Shown: piece by piece, positions 52,270 through 64,000 of the stretch | Position numbering within the stretch: position 1 is the stretch's first letter | Layout of the letters: each line of letters begins with the position of its first letter | Source of the DNA: Euprymna scolopes | Lineage: Eukaryota | DNA: 64,000 nt | Reading direction: 5' to 3' (one strand) | Assembly: GCA_053919585.1 (NCBI GenBank) | Contig: CM132786.1 | The notes under the pieces: model-generated | Told to the model about the DNA's origin: nothing | The model's input: the letters and a program-made list of their open reading frames with translations, nothing else | Database searches by the model: none | Translations under genes and position numbers: made by a program

Positions 52270-54615
52270 TCTTATTATTATCATTATTATCATCATCATT
52301 ATATGTACTCATTAAAATTTCTCTCAATAATAAACCTGTAGCGTTCGCTGGAGTCTAGGTGATCGCTCACCCCCCTCTCCGTACAGGCCAATAAGTATCC
52401 TGTGCGTCATGAGTAAGTTGCTGGAATCTGTGTTAAATACAGAAGTAATCAACCATCTCAACAAAAATAACTTTCTTAGTGACACTCAATATGGTTTCCG
52501 TTCTGCTAGATCTACAGCAGATGTGCTTACAGTTATATCTCATAGGATTAGCAAATTTCTCGACTGAGGCAACTTTTCTAGGGCAATTGCTCTTGACATA
52601 TATATGGCCATTGATATGGTATCGCATAAAGGTTTACTTCACAAGATCTCTAGCTATGGTATAGCTGGAAATGTCTTCTCAATTATTAAATCATTTCTTT
52701 CTGATAGGTTAATAAGAGTAGTAGTTGAGGGGCAAACATCAGAAGCTCAAAGTATTAATGCTGGAGTCCCTCAGGGGTCCATCCTGGGCTCCACTTTTTC
52801 CTGATCTACATTAATGATCTTCCAAATCACATCCATACATCATTTGTAGACATTTATGCTGATGACACTACCATTTACGGTAGCACATCTAACACAGTAA
52901 ACGACCAAGTTCTCTCTAATTCTCTCTCCTCTGATCTTGGGCACGTGTTACAATGGGGAAAGGAGTGGCTGGTTACTTTTAATGCATCTAACACCAAGCT
53001 TTTATCTTTACATCATCAACATTCTGATCCAAATCTGTCATCAATTGAAATGAATGGCTCTCGTCTTCAGGAGGCCTCAAGTTTTTACCAGCTTCTAGGC
53101 TTGACAATTACTCCTGATCTTAAATGGAACACATATATCAAATCTGTTGCTAGGGTCGCTGGAAAAATGGTGGGATTCTTCTATCGATCAAGTAGATATC
53201 TCACTGCTGATGCAATTCTCTATCTATATAAGAGCCAGGTACGTCCAAGGATGGAATACTGTTGCCACATCTGGGCAGGAGCTGTTCGAAAGAACTTACC
53301 CTACCTTGACAGAGTTCAAAATAGACTTCGTAGCCTTGTAGATGTCCTTTTCTCTTCCTGCAACCTCTACCTCACAGAAGAAATGTTGCGAGCTTGTCTC
53401 TGATGTATCGTTATTTTCATGGAAAGTCTTCGACTGAGCTTCAGTCTATGGTCCCTCCTCGCTAAACTTTAACAAGAAACACTCGTCTAGCTGAAAACAC
53501 TATCAATAATTCCCCTCACTCGTTATCTGTGCTTAAACTAAACGTAGATTCCATGAACAAAGCTCTTTTCTTAGAACTGCACGCCTGTGGAATTGTCTTC
53601 CGTTTTCCTGCTTTCCGGCTGACTACAATATGGTTGTCTTCAAGTCTAACGTAAATAAGTTCTTGATGAGCCGTTCCATATAAGTTAACAAATTTACCGA
53701 ATTTTCATTACTAATGATTAATATATTTTCCAATTTTTACTGTTCACTCTTTAACCCTTATCCTTCAGTGGCCTCTTGACCTTGATAATGTGGGGATGCC
53801 TGTGTAAAAAACAGTGACACCAAATTTCCCCAGTTTTCCAGTATGCTCTATCTTGTTAGATAACCTTCGTAAATTAATTTGCGTTATCGCAACAGCTCTG
53901 TATCCTTGATTTCTCACTGGTAACACAACACCCTTTTCACAAAAATTGCATATCAATATGCCCTCATCATCTTCTCTCTATTTCAGATGGGCTATATTTA
54001 GTGTTTTTTTCTAGAATTTTTCCATCCTCCTTGAAATTCCATGAATATTTAGTGTGGTGACAGTTTATGCCGATACTTCATTGGGGCAGGGTTTAAGTAA
54101 TCCTTGATTTTTGTGTGGCATATTTTCAAGAAATATGTTTCTCTTTTGCTTCTGTCGCAGTTTCTATATCTCATTTTATCGTTTATAGCGAATGTGTTCA
54201 TTATCTGCATTCAAGGCTTGTCCTTAATATTTCAACCGTTTTCATTGGCCGTTTAAGCTTCTCAGCTTTTATCTAATTCCACTATTTTTCATTCTTTTTT
54301 CGGATATTTTCGGTATTTTTCCTAGTGCTCCTGCTATTTTTCGTGTTGTCTTGACATTCTTCATCTTCTATATTCTTTTCATCACTTTGGCAAGGTCAGT
54401 GTATTTGCTCTGATTCTTGCTGTTCCTGATATGCACCCTATCGCTTGCTGGAAGATGAACTCAACGAGCTAGCAGAACTTTTCCTTCTTGTTAACAATAA
54501 TGACATCCGGTCCGCTTGCTCGGATGGTTTATCTGTAATTACGCCCATGTCCAATAGAATTTTATTATTTCCGTTTTCAAGCAATGCGACCAGTTAGTGC
54601 TTGTACCATTTGTCC
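52270..54615 (-). mobile_element. R4/Dong-like LINE 3' fragment (copy 2), split by the CR1 insertion
   Basis: 54615-54300 reads LENGNNKILLDM..ITDK..GPDVIIVNKKEK..KYTDLAK..GALGKIPK (REL endonuclease); 3' UTR at 53812-53920 continues at 52270-52356 and ends in a (TAA/TGA)n tail. Confidence 0.75.
52357..53811 (+). mobile_element. 5'-truncated CR1-clade LINE (RT pseudogene + 3' UTR)
   Basis: YRPISIL, QYGFRSARST, GVPQGSILG, YADD, LYKSQVRPRMEYCCHIWAG; stops and frameshifts. Confidence 0.92.
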
Positions 54616-54809
54616 TAATAATAAATTTACAGCTGTTTATAAAATTCTCAGTCTGTTGCTTTCTTCACTTCATCGTGTCTATTACTGTATTCTTGTTGGA
54701 CTACTTTGCTACCTTCCCTTACTATGTGATTTATCGTTTTGTCTCTTTGTTCACAAAGTGTATATTTGCTGTTTTCTAATGTTTTCCTGACTCTTACCTC
54801 GATGTAGTT

Positions 54810-56870
54810 TTTATTATTGGCTCAAAAGGAGCTTCTACACAGGTCATCAATGATCTCTCCTACAAGAAAACCTGTGGCGTCCCTGGAAGCTGACTGACAA
54901 CAAGTCTTCCAGATTTCCAGTAATTTTTCCCTCTTTCGATAATATTTTCAAATTAGATTACGTTATCCCAACAGCTGTTTATCATTGATTTCTCGCTGAC
55001 AGCGGCAATTGGTATCCACTGGAATTTTAGTGGAAATAAATCTCCTTAAGGTCCCAGTTCTCTTCGCGCTTGTCAAGCGGAGGTCTGGTCATCGCTCTCT
55101 CCTCGGTTTTTCCATCCTCCTTGACCCTTCTCAATTATTTTACATCATTCTTAGCGTGCGGTGATGGGTGGGGGATTGGATAGAGAACTTATAGATATGC
55201 AGCTTCAATGTGCTTGGTTCCATGTAATGCATCTTCACATTTTGCCTCTGCAGCAGTTTGTCTGACCCACGCATGTGGCTCATGTGTATTAGTTTCCGCA
55301 TTCAAGGATTTGTTAATTAAATATTTCAGCTGTTTTCATTATTGTTATTCGTTGTATCTTCCAGCCATTCCTCTTATTCTCCCATTATCTTCGTCTTCCA
55401 TATCCCTTTCAGCTCTCTGGCTAGCTTTGTGTATTTGTTCCGTTTCTCCTGTTCTTTGATATTCATTCTGTGATCAGTTGAAACAGAAAAGTTTACGACT
55501 TTACAGGAATTTTCTTTCTTGTTAATTATTACGACATCCTTTTTTATTGCTTTGAAGACTTTGTCTGTTTTTCTGTCCATGTTCCATAGGATTTTGAGAT
55601 ATTCATTTTCAAATACTGTTGCTGGCTTATGCTTGTATAATTTGTCAGTGCGTGCGAAATGCAGTTGTTTTTATAATTCCCAGTGTACTGCTTTTCCACC
55701 TTGGTGGTGCCTGGTATTGTATTCCTTTTGCACCAGTTTGCTGCATTCGCATATTATATGGTTCATAGTTTCGTCTCTTTATTCACAGAGTCTGCATTTG
55801 TTGTTTTTGTGTGTGTTTGTCGATCTTTGCTTTATGTGGTTGACTTTTATTGAGTTATCGTGTGCTTGAGCTTTTAGAGATTAAGTTTTCCGGTTTACAC
55901 GTCCATTGTGCTTCCATGTCCAGGTGTTTTGTTACTCTCATCTTTTGTCATTCTTATGAATCATCCGTGTAGTTTCTCCTCCCACTTTTCTTTTCTTGTC
56001 TTTTCGCTCTATTTTCTGTTTTCTTGGTTTTGTCAGTCTCTCTCTCTCTGCCATAATTATCCGCCAAGTTTTCTGCATTATGTATTTTTCTTTTTTTTGT
56101 GTCATATACAAACAAGCCCTCTCCTGCCGTCTTTCTTTTCATGTAGATTCGGTCAACCTCGCCATTGGGGTTTAGTGGATTGTGTATCGTCATGCATTTC
56201 CTGGTCTTCTGATTGAGCTCTCTCAGTTCTTCTTTAGTCCGTCCTATGAACAGTCCAGGGTATCTTACTAGTGATACTGCCCATGTATTTATACCTTTTA
56301 TGAGATTTTTTATATTATTTAGCTTCCAGGTGTTTTCTTGTTCTCTTGAGGTATTCCTTTCAAATTCTTTCTTTTATTATGTTGCTGATAGTGTCTGCTT
56401 CCAGAATTCCCAAGTATATATAGGCGTTTTGTTCCCTTAGTATTCTCATCTCCGTTTGGTTGAGTAGTTTCATGCCGCCTGTGTCTCCAGTTTTCCCTTT
56501 CTTATAACTAGTAGTGCGCACCTTTCCATAAAAAACTCCATTTGGCTGAAAGGCCTGGTAGTTCCTTTTCGGCCATGCAAAAAGTTTCAGATCGTCCATG
56601 TAAATCAGGCTGTTCATTTCTCCCTCTGTATTAGACAACTTGTATCCGGTTGACACTTTCTCAGTATATTGTTCAGGGACATAATGGCTATGATGAACAA
56701 TAGTGGTGATAGTGAATCTCCTTGGATGATACCTCTTTGTGTATTAATTTCTGTTACGTGTTGTCCAAAAGCTGCTAATTCCAGTCCCCATGTTTTCATT
56801 GCATAATCTAGCTTGGTATTTTATATATATTTAAGCATTATATTTTTGGAGTCGATCCATGCCCTGTCTA
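54810..56870 (-). mobile_element. R4/Dong-like non-LTR retrotransposon pseudogene (RT, CCHC, REL endonuclease), copy 1
   Basis: AWID, RGIIQGDSLSPLLF, YMDDLKLF, YIYLGILEAD, VDRIYMKRK, CRLC..ETMNHIICEC, KILWNMDRKTDK..DVVIINKKE..KYTKLARELK; abuts (TAA)n. Confidence 0.88.
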
Positions 56871-56890
56871 CATTCTTTCTCCTCCTTCTA

Positions 56891-56891
56891 C

Positions 56892-56940
<49 letters not shown>
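56891..56940. repeat. (TTA)n microsatellite
   Basis: About 16 TTA units. Confidence 0.95.
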
Positions 56941-56941
<1 letters not shown>

Positions 56942-57072
56942 ATTATATTTGCATTATTATTTTTTATTGCTGCTTTATTCGAAAATAATATAGTGATTCC
57001 TAATACTGTTAACTTTTATTTTTCCGTTGAAATTTCTCATCTATTCATCAGTTCTCATCTATGCAAATACTT

Positions 57073-57146
<74 letters not shown>

Positions 57147-59561
57147 AAATCAATTGCGTTTTATAGTAGTGTCTCTTGGGACGAAGAAACAGCGCGAGCT
57201 TTCACGTCAAACAACTTGAACAATATGCCACGGAATTAACGACGCCTAAGCATAACGTTTCCTTGATAATAAACGTGTTTAATTTTGATTAATTCTAGTC
57301 ATTTGGCTTTATCTTCCACAACCGAACGGAGTACTGTTCGGTATATTAAAACATAATATATAATAAATAAACTTAAAACAGTGTTTTTATGCTTTCCCCG
57401 CCATCTATTACACTGGAGATAATAGAGAATTCTTAGCTCGCCTGTTTTAGATCAATCTTCAAACATATGCACTTTGCAACATGAGATAATCATTCAATAA
57501 AATAAATTTACATGAATATCGTTTTGTATATAAAAATGAATAATTTTTTATCTTGTTGAGGATCATTCATGTATTCATTTTGGATGTTGGGTAACTGAAA
57601 TAAATAGATTAATATACTTTTTGCTGAATCTAAAAAAACTCACCACAAAACGATTTTGAAGTTAGACGTTGGGTTAACGCGTTATCGAGAACCCGTTTAC
57701 TTTGTAACGGCGGGTTTTGTCTAAGCACCAAGACCCTAATATTTGCGTTACGTTTATTTAATGTTTGGCATATCATCATTCTTCTACCCCACTTGTCATT
57801 GTGCTTATTAAATCATTTTCAGTTTCCACGTTGTACATCTTTTGGCTTTCCCGTACAACATCGGCCTAGTGTTTTTATTTTTTTATCGGCATTAATGTTT
57901 AAACAGTCTTGACCAAAATGGCATTTTCCATGTTAAGCTTGGTAATTTACCGTTGTTTTTGTAGTGCAAAGATGTTCCCATCGACTAGCTTTGCTTTCCT
58001 ACCTCTTGATAAGTGATTAGTTTTTTGCTTATTGCCTTACGCCTCTCTACAAGAGATTGTCTGTCAGTCTGCTTACTTCTCTTTTACAGATAATGCTACG
58101 TATATGAATCGGATGTTCTCTTGGTTGGTTTCGTTTTAAAATGATTACGAGACACTTTCATGTTTTTAATACGGTTTGTTTATTTACACTTTATACTTCA
58201 AAAATAACAGTGATAACTATCATCATAGCGCGGCGGAGGTTACTGGAAAAAGGGGGTGCAGAACTCTGTGTCAACCTATATTTTCGCTTTTTGTCTACAC
58301 ATCTGTGTTCTCGTTTCTCTTTTATTTATATTACTTTGCCCTGTTGACCTTTTTCTCGACAGCTTATTTTATTGTTTTGCAACTCTCTGGGTCATAGTTC
58401 CTGTTGATTGACCTGTTTACTTTAATATCGTGGGCGTTTTGTTTATTGTATTTTGGCTGGTTTTGCTCTAACACATTTTATGTCGGTTAGCTTTCCTGGC
58501 CGATTGACGTAATATTTTTGACTTCCCATGCATCATGGATATAGGTCATTTTAAATCCCAGGATTTCCCATTGTGTTCTTTTGATTGGCCGGATAAAGTT
58601 CCGTAACACTATTGCAGGTCAACTTTCCTGAGATTGACTTATTGTGTTCTTTGATTGCCCGAACACCTCTACACAACAATAAGAGTGCTCTTCTCTTAGG
58701 GCACTGGCTGTTTAATTCCGATTTCCGACTCTTGGGTTACATCAATCGGACATGAGAGGGAGATCAATACAATTTTCATTATAACATTACCCTTGAATGG
58801 TTCCCATCCATCAAACTTCAGAATTCCCAGCTAACCAGAACGTGTTTACTAACATATTTCGATCTATTACAGAAAACAAAAAAGCACGAATAAAGAAATG
58901 AGAAACAATTAAAAATAATGCAGATACAAAGACAAATATAACAAAATATATTAACGTAAATAGCCCCAAAAGAAGATAGGTTTAAGCAAGAAAAAGTGTT
59001 AAACAAATAGAAAATAAATAAATAAACGTAAACGTTTTATTCTATAGAATCTTAAAGAAAAATCAAGAATTAAAAATTCGCGATAAAAAATGTGCCAATT
59101 AATGTTACTCAAAAACGATTTTGTTTCAGTTTACCTTATTTCTCGTAAATTTCGTTAATGCGTGTGAGACGATTCCCTGTTTATGGTTAGTCTCCTTTCA
59201 TCACCTTCTCGCTATAAAAAAAACTGCGTAATCTTTTTACCCAATCGATAAAACGTGAACTGACCGAAAGAAAGACGCCTGCTGAATTAGGACTCGCATT
59301 CGTCACAGATAAAAATATTCCGTGCCGAAAGCTCCTATGCGTTTTTTGCTCCTGGCACGTGCTGATTTATGACTGCCTCAGAGACAACAACAGAGTAATA
59401 CCGGACGTTTATTCAAGAGTTTGCAATTTAATCACAACTGCATCACAAAATAAAAAAAAAAACTCATACTAATACACACACACACACGGTTCTTACGAGT
59501 AAGTACTCAAAGATGAAGTTAACAGTTGGTCACTAATGCTTACATGCGCGGATCATGACGT

Positions 59562-60076
59562 CATAATCATTAGATTACTATCACCGTTTAGAAATGAAAA
59601 GAATAAATATTTAAGTTTCAACTGTATTAGTCGCGGTTAACGTTGGCCATATGGATTAATTCTTGCTAATGGAGTATGAGATGGCTTTGTACCGAGTTCG
59701 AATCTCCCATCCGGCGGTAATCGTGACACCCGGCACTGATGATTCCCGAAAGAATGAAGAACTAATGTCTGTAGGAAATAAAAGCATAATTACAGTAATA
59801 ATTATGTCACTCCTTTTAAAAACTCGGTTTTTAGTCCTGAGCACTTTAAGTTGAAGATAAAAGTCGATCAATTAAGCTTACGAACGTAGACCATGGTACC
59901 ATAATAATTGCATCACTATCACCCTCTTGACATTTACACAAATAAATGTTTAAATTTCGACTGTAATTGTCGCGGTTAACCTTGGCCGTGTGGATTTGTT
60001 CCGGGTTTGAATCTCCCAACCGGCAGTAATCATTACATCATGCCCTGATCATTCCTGAAAGAATGAGACACCTATT
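59562..60076 (+). repeat. 339-bp-period tandem dimer with tRNA-like A/B boxes and hammerhead-like motif
   Basis: gtcgcggttaac at 59630 and 59969; A box tggccatatgg/tggccgtgtgg, B box gagttcgaatc; ccggca-CTGATGA-ttcccgaaagaat-GAAG-aactaat-GTC-tgtagg. Confidence 0.65.
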
Positions 60077-60080
60077 TTTT

Positions 60081-60179
60081 CTGATGAGGAGATTATATTC
60101 GAATAGAAAACCTTTGTCAACTATTGTTAATAATTGTTGTCAATTTAATAAAATAAATATCGTTTCCGAAACGATCGTA
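60081..60179 (+). ncRNA. Hammerhead motif with long stem-loop II, stem I 5' strand missing
   Basis: CTGATGA-GGAGATTATATT-[56 nt]-AATATCGTTTCC-GAA-ACGATCGT-A; 11/12 pairs in stem II, perfect palindromic stem III, GUA triplet. Confidence 0.6.
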
Positions 60180-60403
60180 CACTCAAGTTTATTTTGTTTG
60201 CCTTTCTTTTTGAGACTGATTCATAATTTACAATGAATAAACTTTTTTACTCAATATTAATATAGCTCTTGGATACACATACCTATTGAACATATTATAT
60301 ATGTACAGTACTATGTACATTGTTCTTTAAAAGTATTAATACATTTATTAACACATTAAAAGAAACTCTGCTCTTTAGGCTGTAGGTCTAATTCCCTCTA
60401 TAA

Positions 60404-60453
<50 letters not shown>

Positions 60454-60459
60454 TTATAG

Positions 60460-61049
60460 AATGTGTATATTAATGCAGCATTTTCTCATTTAGACAAATA
60501 TTATTGAATAGCACGGAATTATTCTGTTTTACAATTTTCCTTTTTATCTTCTCCAATCTCCGAATAGTCCTTTTTGTGTTTTTTTCGAAATTGTATATGT
60601 TGGCTCCATAATCGCGAGCGCTTTCGACAGAAGTACTTATCTCATCCTCAGGCATATTGTAGAAATAAATGTTGATTGTTTTTTTTAATTTACTTATATA
60701 TATATTTTTTTCTTTTCCTAGTCACGTGGTAATTTGTTACAAGTTAGGTGGGCGGACTTAAATTTTTTTTTTTTTACATATATTAAACACATTTATATAT
60801 ACATATTTATAAAAACAAAAGTCCACCCAGCTAACTTGTAACAAATTACCATGTGACTAGGAAAAGAAAAAATATATAAGTTAATTAAAAAACAATCTAC
60901 ATCTATTTATACAATATGCCTAAGGATGATAGAAGTATTTCTCTCGAAAGCGCCCGCGAGTATGGATCCAACGTATACAATTTCGAGAAAAACACAGAAA
61001 GGACTATTCGGAGATTGGAGGAGATAAAAAGGAAAATTTTAAAACAATA
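60460..61049. mobile_element. Head-to-head inverted pair of Penelope-like element 5' ends (N-terminal ORF remnants)
   Basis: ~235-bp inverted arms (60523-60759 / 60818-61049) encoding near-identical divergent peptides; IRRLEKIKRKIVKQNNSVLFNNICLNEKML resembles the PLE N-terminal F(N/L)xxCxxxxLxP motif. Confidence 0.6.
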
Positions 61050-62310
61050 NNNNNNNNNNNNNNNNNNNNNNNNNNNNNNNNNNNNNNNNNNNNNNNNNNN
61101 NNNNNNNNNNNNNNNNNNNNNNNNNNNNNNNNNNNNNNNNNNNNNNNNNNNNNNNNNNNNNNNNNNNNNNNNNNNNNAGAGATACGTTTGTAATATAAAA
61201 ATTAAAATAAGGTTTCCGCAATATTTGCATTTTTACTGACGAAACTAGTAAAAATAGTTCATATAAAGTAATAACAATAGTTTATATTTATGAGATTAAA
61301 ATGTAAAAAATGCCACGGAAATAAACATTACAGGTAATTATTTGTTATACATATCATTATTAAATATTTTGGAAAAATAGCTTTTTGAAATCTTTGATAT
61401 TAATCTCTACATTTTGCTTTTTCAAATAGTTTGTTTATAGACATATAAAAGTATATTTTCTCAAGCTTTTAATAACATATTGAATTATTTTTAAGAAGAA
61501 ACCGCATTATTTACGATATACGAACATCTTTTAAGGTGCACAATTATATCAACATGCTGTATCAACCTGGCTAATGTTATATATCATTGACAGTTGATGT
61601 ACTTATACTTTCTCTGTTTTGTGTAATGTTTAATAAAACATCTGTCTCACTATTCTTTTGTTTTTTCTTTGCTATCTAGTCCACTATATGAAAGTAATTA
61701 ATTACAACGCGATGTTTACTATAGAATATATATATGTTAACATTATGATTAAACTCAGCACAACTGATTCGATACTTCTAACGATCATCCACGTGCAAAC
61801 TGAGCATTGAAACAAATTTTAATAAACTAAAGTTACTACGGATCTAGTGATTTTATAGGGTAATATATATATAGTAATCGTATTACATATACGCATAAAC
61901 ATTTGAAACTTATAAACCGTAGATTAGTATATTGCTTAATTATTTCATTTTTTTTTATAAATTATAATCATACTTTACATTAAAAATCTTATTTCTAAAA
62001 AAAAAGGTCCTGATCTCTATTAAAAATAATTATTTCTTTATATCTTAGTGAGACAGCAATCAATAAAAAATTGTAATGGAAAAGAAACATTTCCTGAATG
62101 TTTAATTAATAAACACAATAAAATGAAACAAAACTGCATTGAATTATGAGTATGACTCATCCAATGAGCATTTTTAAAGATTAGCAATCATATTTCAAGT
62201 ATAAAAATGCTTAAACAAAGTTTTCTAGTTACTGAAAATAATATTTTCATAAAACTCTTATGGAACCAAGTGCATAGAAAGATAAAAATAAAGATAAGTT
62301 TTAATTCAGA

Positions 62311-63705
62311 TACAGGTTTGACCAAGAGGCCACTCGATGATAAGGATTAAGAGTGTACAGTAGACAATTGCACAATATAGTAATCGTTAGTAATAGAAAT
62401 TCGGTAAATTTGTTAACTGAAGGGGAACGTCTTATCAAGAAATTGTTTACATATGACTTCAAAACAACCATATTATAGTTAGCTGGAAAACTGGACAACG
62501 GAAGACAGTTCCATAACCGTGCAATTCAAAGAAAGAAGCTTTGTTCATGGAATCTACGTTTAGTTTTAGGCACAGATAAAGAGTGGCGGGAATTATTGAT
62601 AGTTTTTTTCAGCTAGACGAGTGTTTCATGTGAAGGTTTGGCAAGGGGGACCATAGATTTAAGCTCAGTCGAGCACTTGCCATGAAAATAACGATAACGC
62701 AAAGACAAACTCGCAACGTCTCTTCTGTGAGATAGAGGTTACAGGGAAGAGAAAAGGACATCTCTTACGAGACTACGAAGCCTATTTTGAACTCTGTCAA
62801 GGCAGGACAAGTCCTTTCTAGCAGCTCCTGCACATATGTGACAGCAGTAACTCCATCATGGGACGTACTTGGCTCCAATATAGATAAAGCATTGCAACAG
62901 CAGTGAGATATCTACTGGATCGATAGAAGGATCCCACCATTTTCCAGCGACTTTGACAGATTTGATGTATGAGTTCCATTTAAGATCAGGAGTAAAGGTC
63001 AAGCCCAGAAGTTTGTCAAAACATGAGACCTCCCCAAGACGAGACCCATTCATTTCAATTGATGCCAGATTGGGATCAAAGCGTTGATTATATAAAAATA
63101 GAAGCTTGGTTTTAGATGTATTAAAAGTAACCAGCCACTCCTTTCCCCATTGTATCACGTGCTGAAGATCAGAGGAGAGAGATTCGGAGAGAACTCGGTC
63201 TTTTACGGTCCTGCATGTGCTACCATAGATGTTAGTGTCATCAGCATGCATATCTATGATACATGAAACAAGGATGTGATTTGGAAGATGTTTAATGAAG
63301 ATCAAGAAAAGAGTTGGGTCCAGGATTGACCCTTGAGGGACTCCAGCACTAATACTGAGAGCTTTTGCTTTTTTGCCCGTCAACTACTACTTTTTATTTT
63401 ATGAACCTATCAGTGAGAAAGGTTTAATACTTGAGAAGACATTTCCAGCTATATCATAGCTGGAGATCTTGTGAAGTAAACCTTTCTGCCATACCCTATC
63501 AAATGTCTTTGATATGTCAAGAGCAATTGCCTTAGAAAGGTTGCCTCCGTCGAGAGATTCGCTAACCGTCTGAGATATAACTGTAAGCACATCTGCTGTA
63601 GATCTAGCAGAACGGAAACCATATTGTGTATCACTAAGAAGGTTATTTTTGCTGAGATGGTTTATTACTTCTCTATTTAACACAGATTCCAGCGACTTAC
63701 TTATG
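62311..63705 (-). mobile_element. 5'-truncated CR1-clade LINE (RT pseudogene + 3' UTR)
   Basis: QYGFRSARST, ALDISKTFDRVW, GVPQGSILDP, HADD, LLGLTFTPDLKW. Confidence 0.92.
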
Positions 63706-64000
63706 TTAAAATTTAAAAAAACAAAGCATTCTTACGATATTTTTCTTTATTAAATTCTTATTAATTTAATAAACCAAAATTAAATTAAGGTGACACAAAA
63801 TCAAATAATTCTTTTACGTTTGAATTTTTATTCATCATACAAGATTGGATTAATAATTTAATTTTTGGGGTCCCATTATCTTTTCCCCTCCAAAATAGTA
63901 AAAGCTATTTTTTGTTTCTTTTATTTTACTTTAGTTATCAAGTAAAAAATGTAATTTGTACTTGATTAAATAATTCGAAATGCGAAAATGTTTTGTTTTA

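Noticed and set aside
52945-53403. LINE-derived ORFs as functional CDS
   Set aside because: All RT-like ORFs are fragments interrupted by stops and frameshifts

Overview
AT-rich, repeat-dense eukaryotic (invertebrate-type) scaffold segment with 7 N gaps and many (TA)n/(CAT)n microsatellites. I could not support any intact host gene; there are only weak exon candidates at 5.4 kb and 9.8-10.0 kb. Most recognisable sequence is decayed mobile DNA: 6 loci of a CR1-clade LINE, two tandem R4/Dong-like LINE copies (one interrupted by a CR1 insertion), a Gypsy gag remnant, Tc1/mariner remnants and MITEs, non-autonomous Helitrons including tandem units, a ~350-bp SINE-like family (5 copies, two with 12-bp TSDs), a 5S-derived sequence and Penelope-like element (PLE) remnants. 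The most interesting signal is a set of type I hammerhead-ribozyme motifs found by eye. One has an intact core and sits in a GIY-YIG/PLE remnant (19.7 kb). Several lie just downstream of tRNA-like Pol III A/B boxes (16.7, 28.5, 38.6 kb and a 339-bp tandem dimer at 59.6-60.1 kb), and others occur at 44.1 and 60.1 kb; most are next to (TA)n tracts. This suggests a family of Pol III-driven, ribozyme-carrying mini-retroelements (retrozyme/Sm-alpha-like) possibly mobilised by PLEs. All calls come from manual reading; no database or folding search was run.
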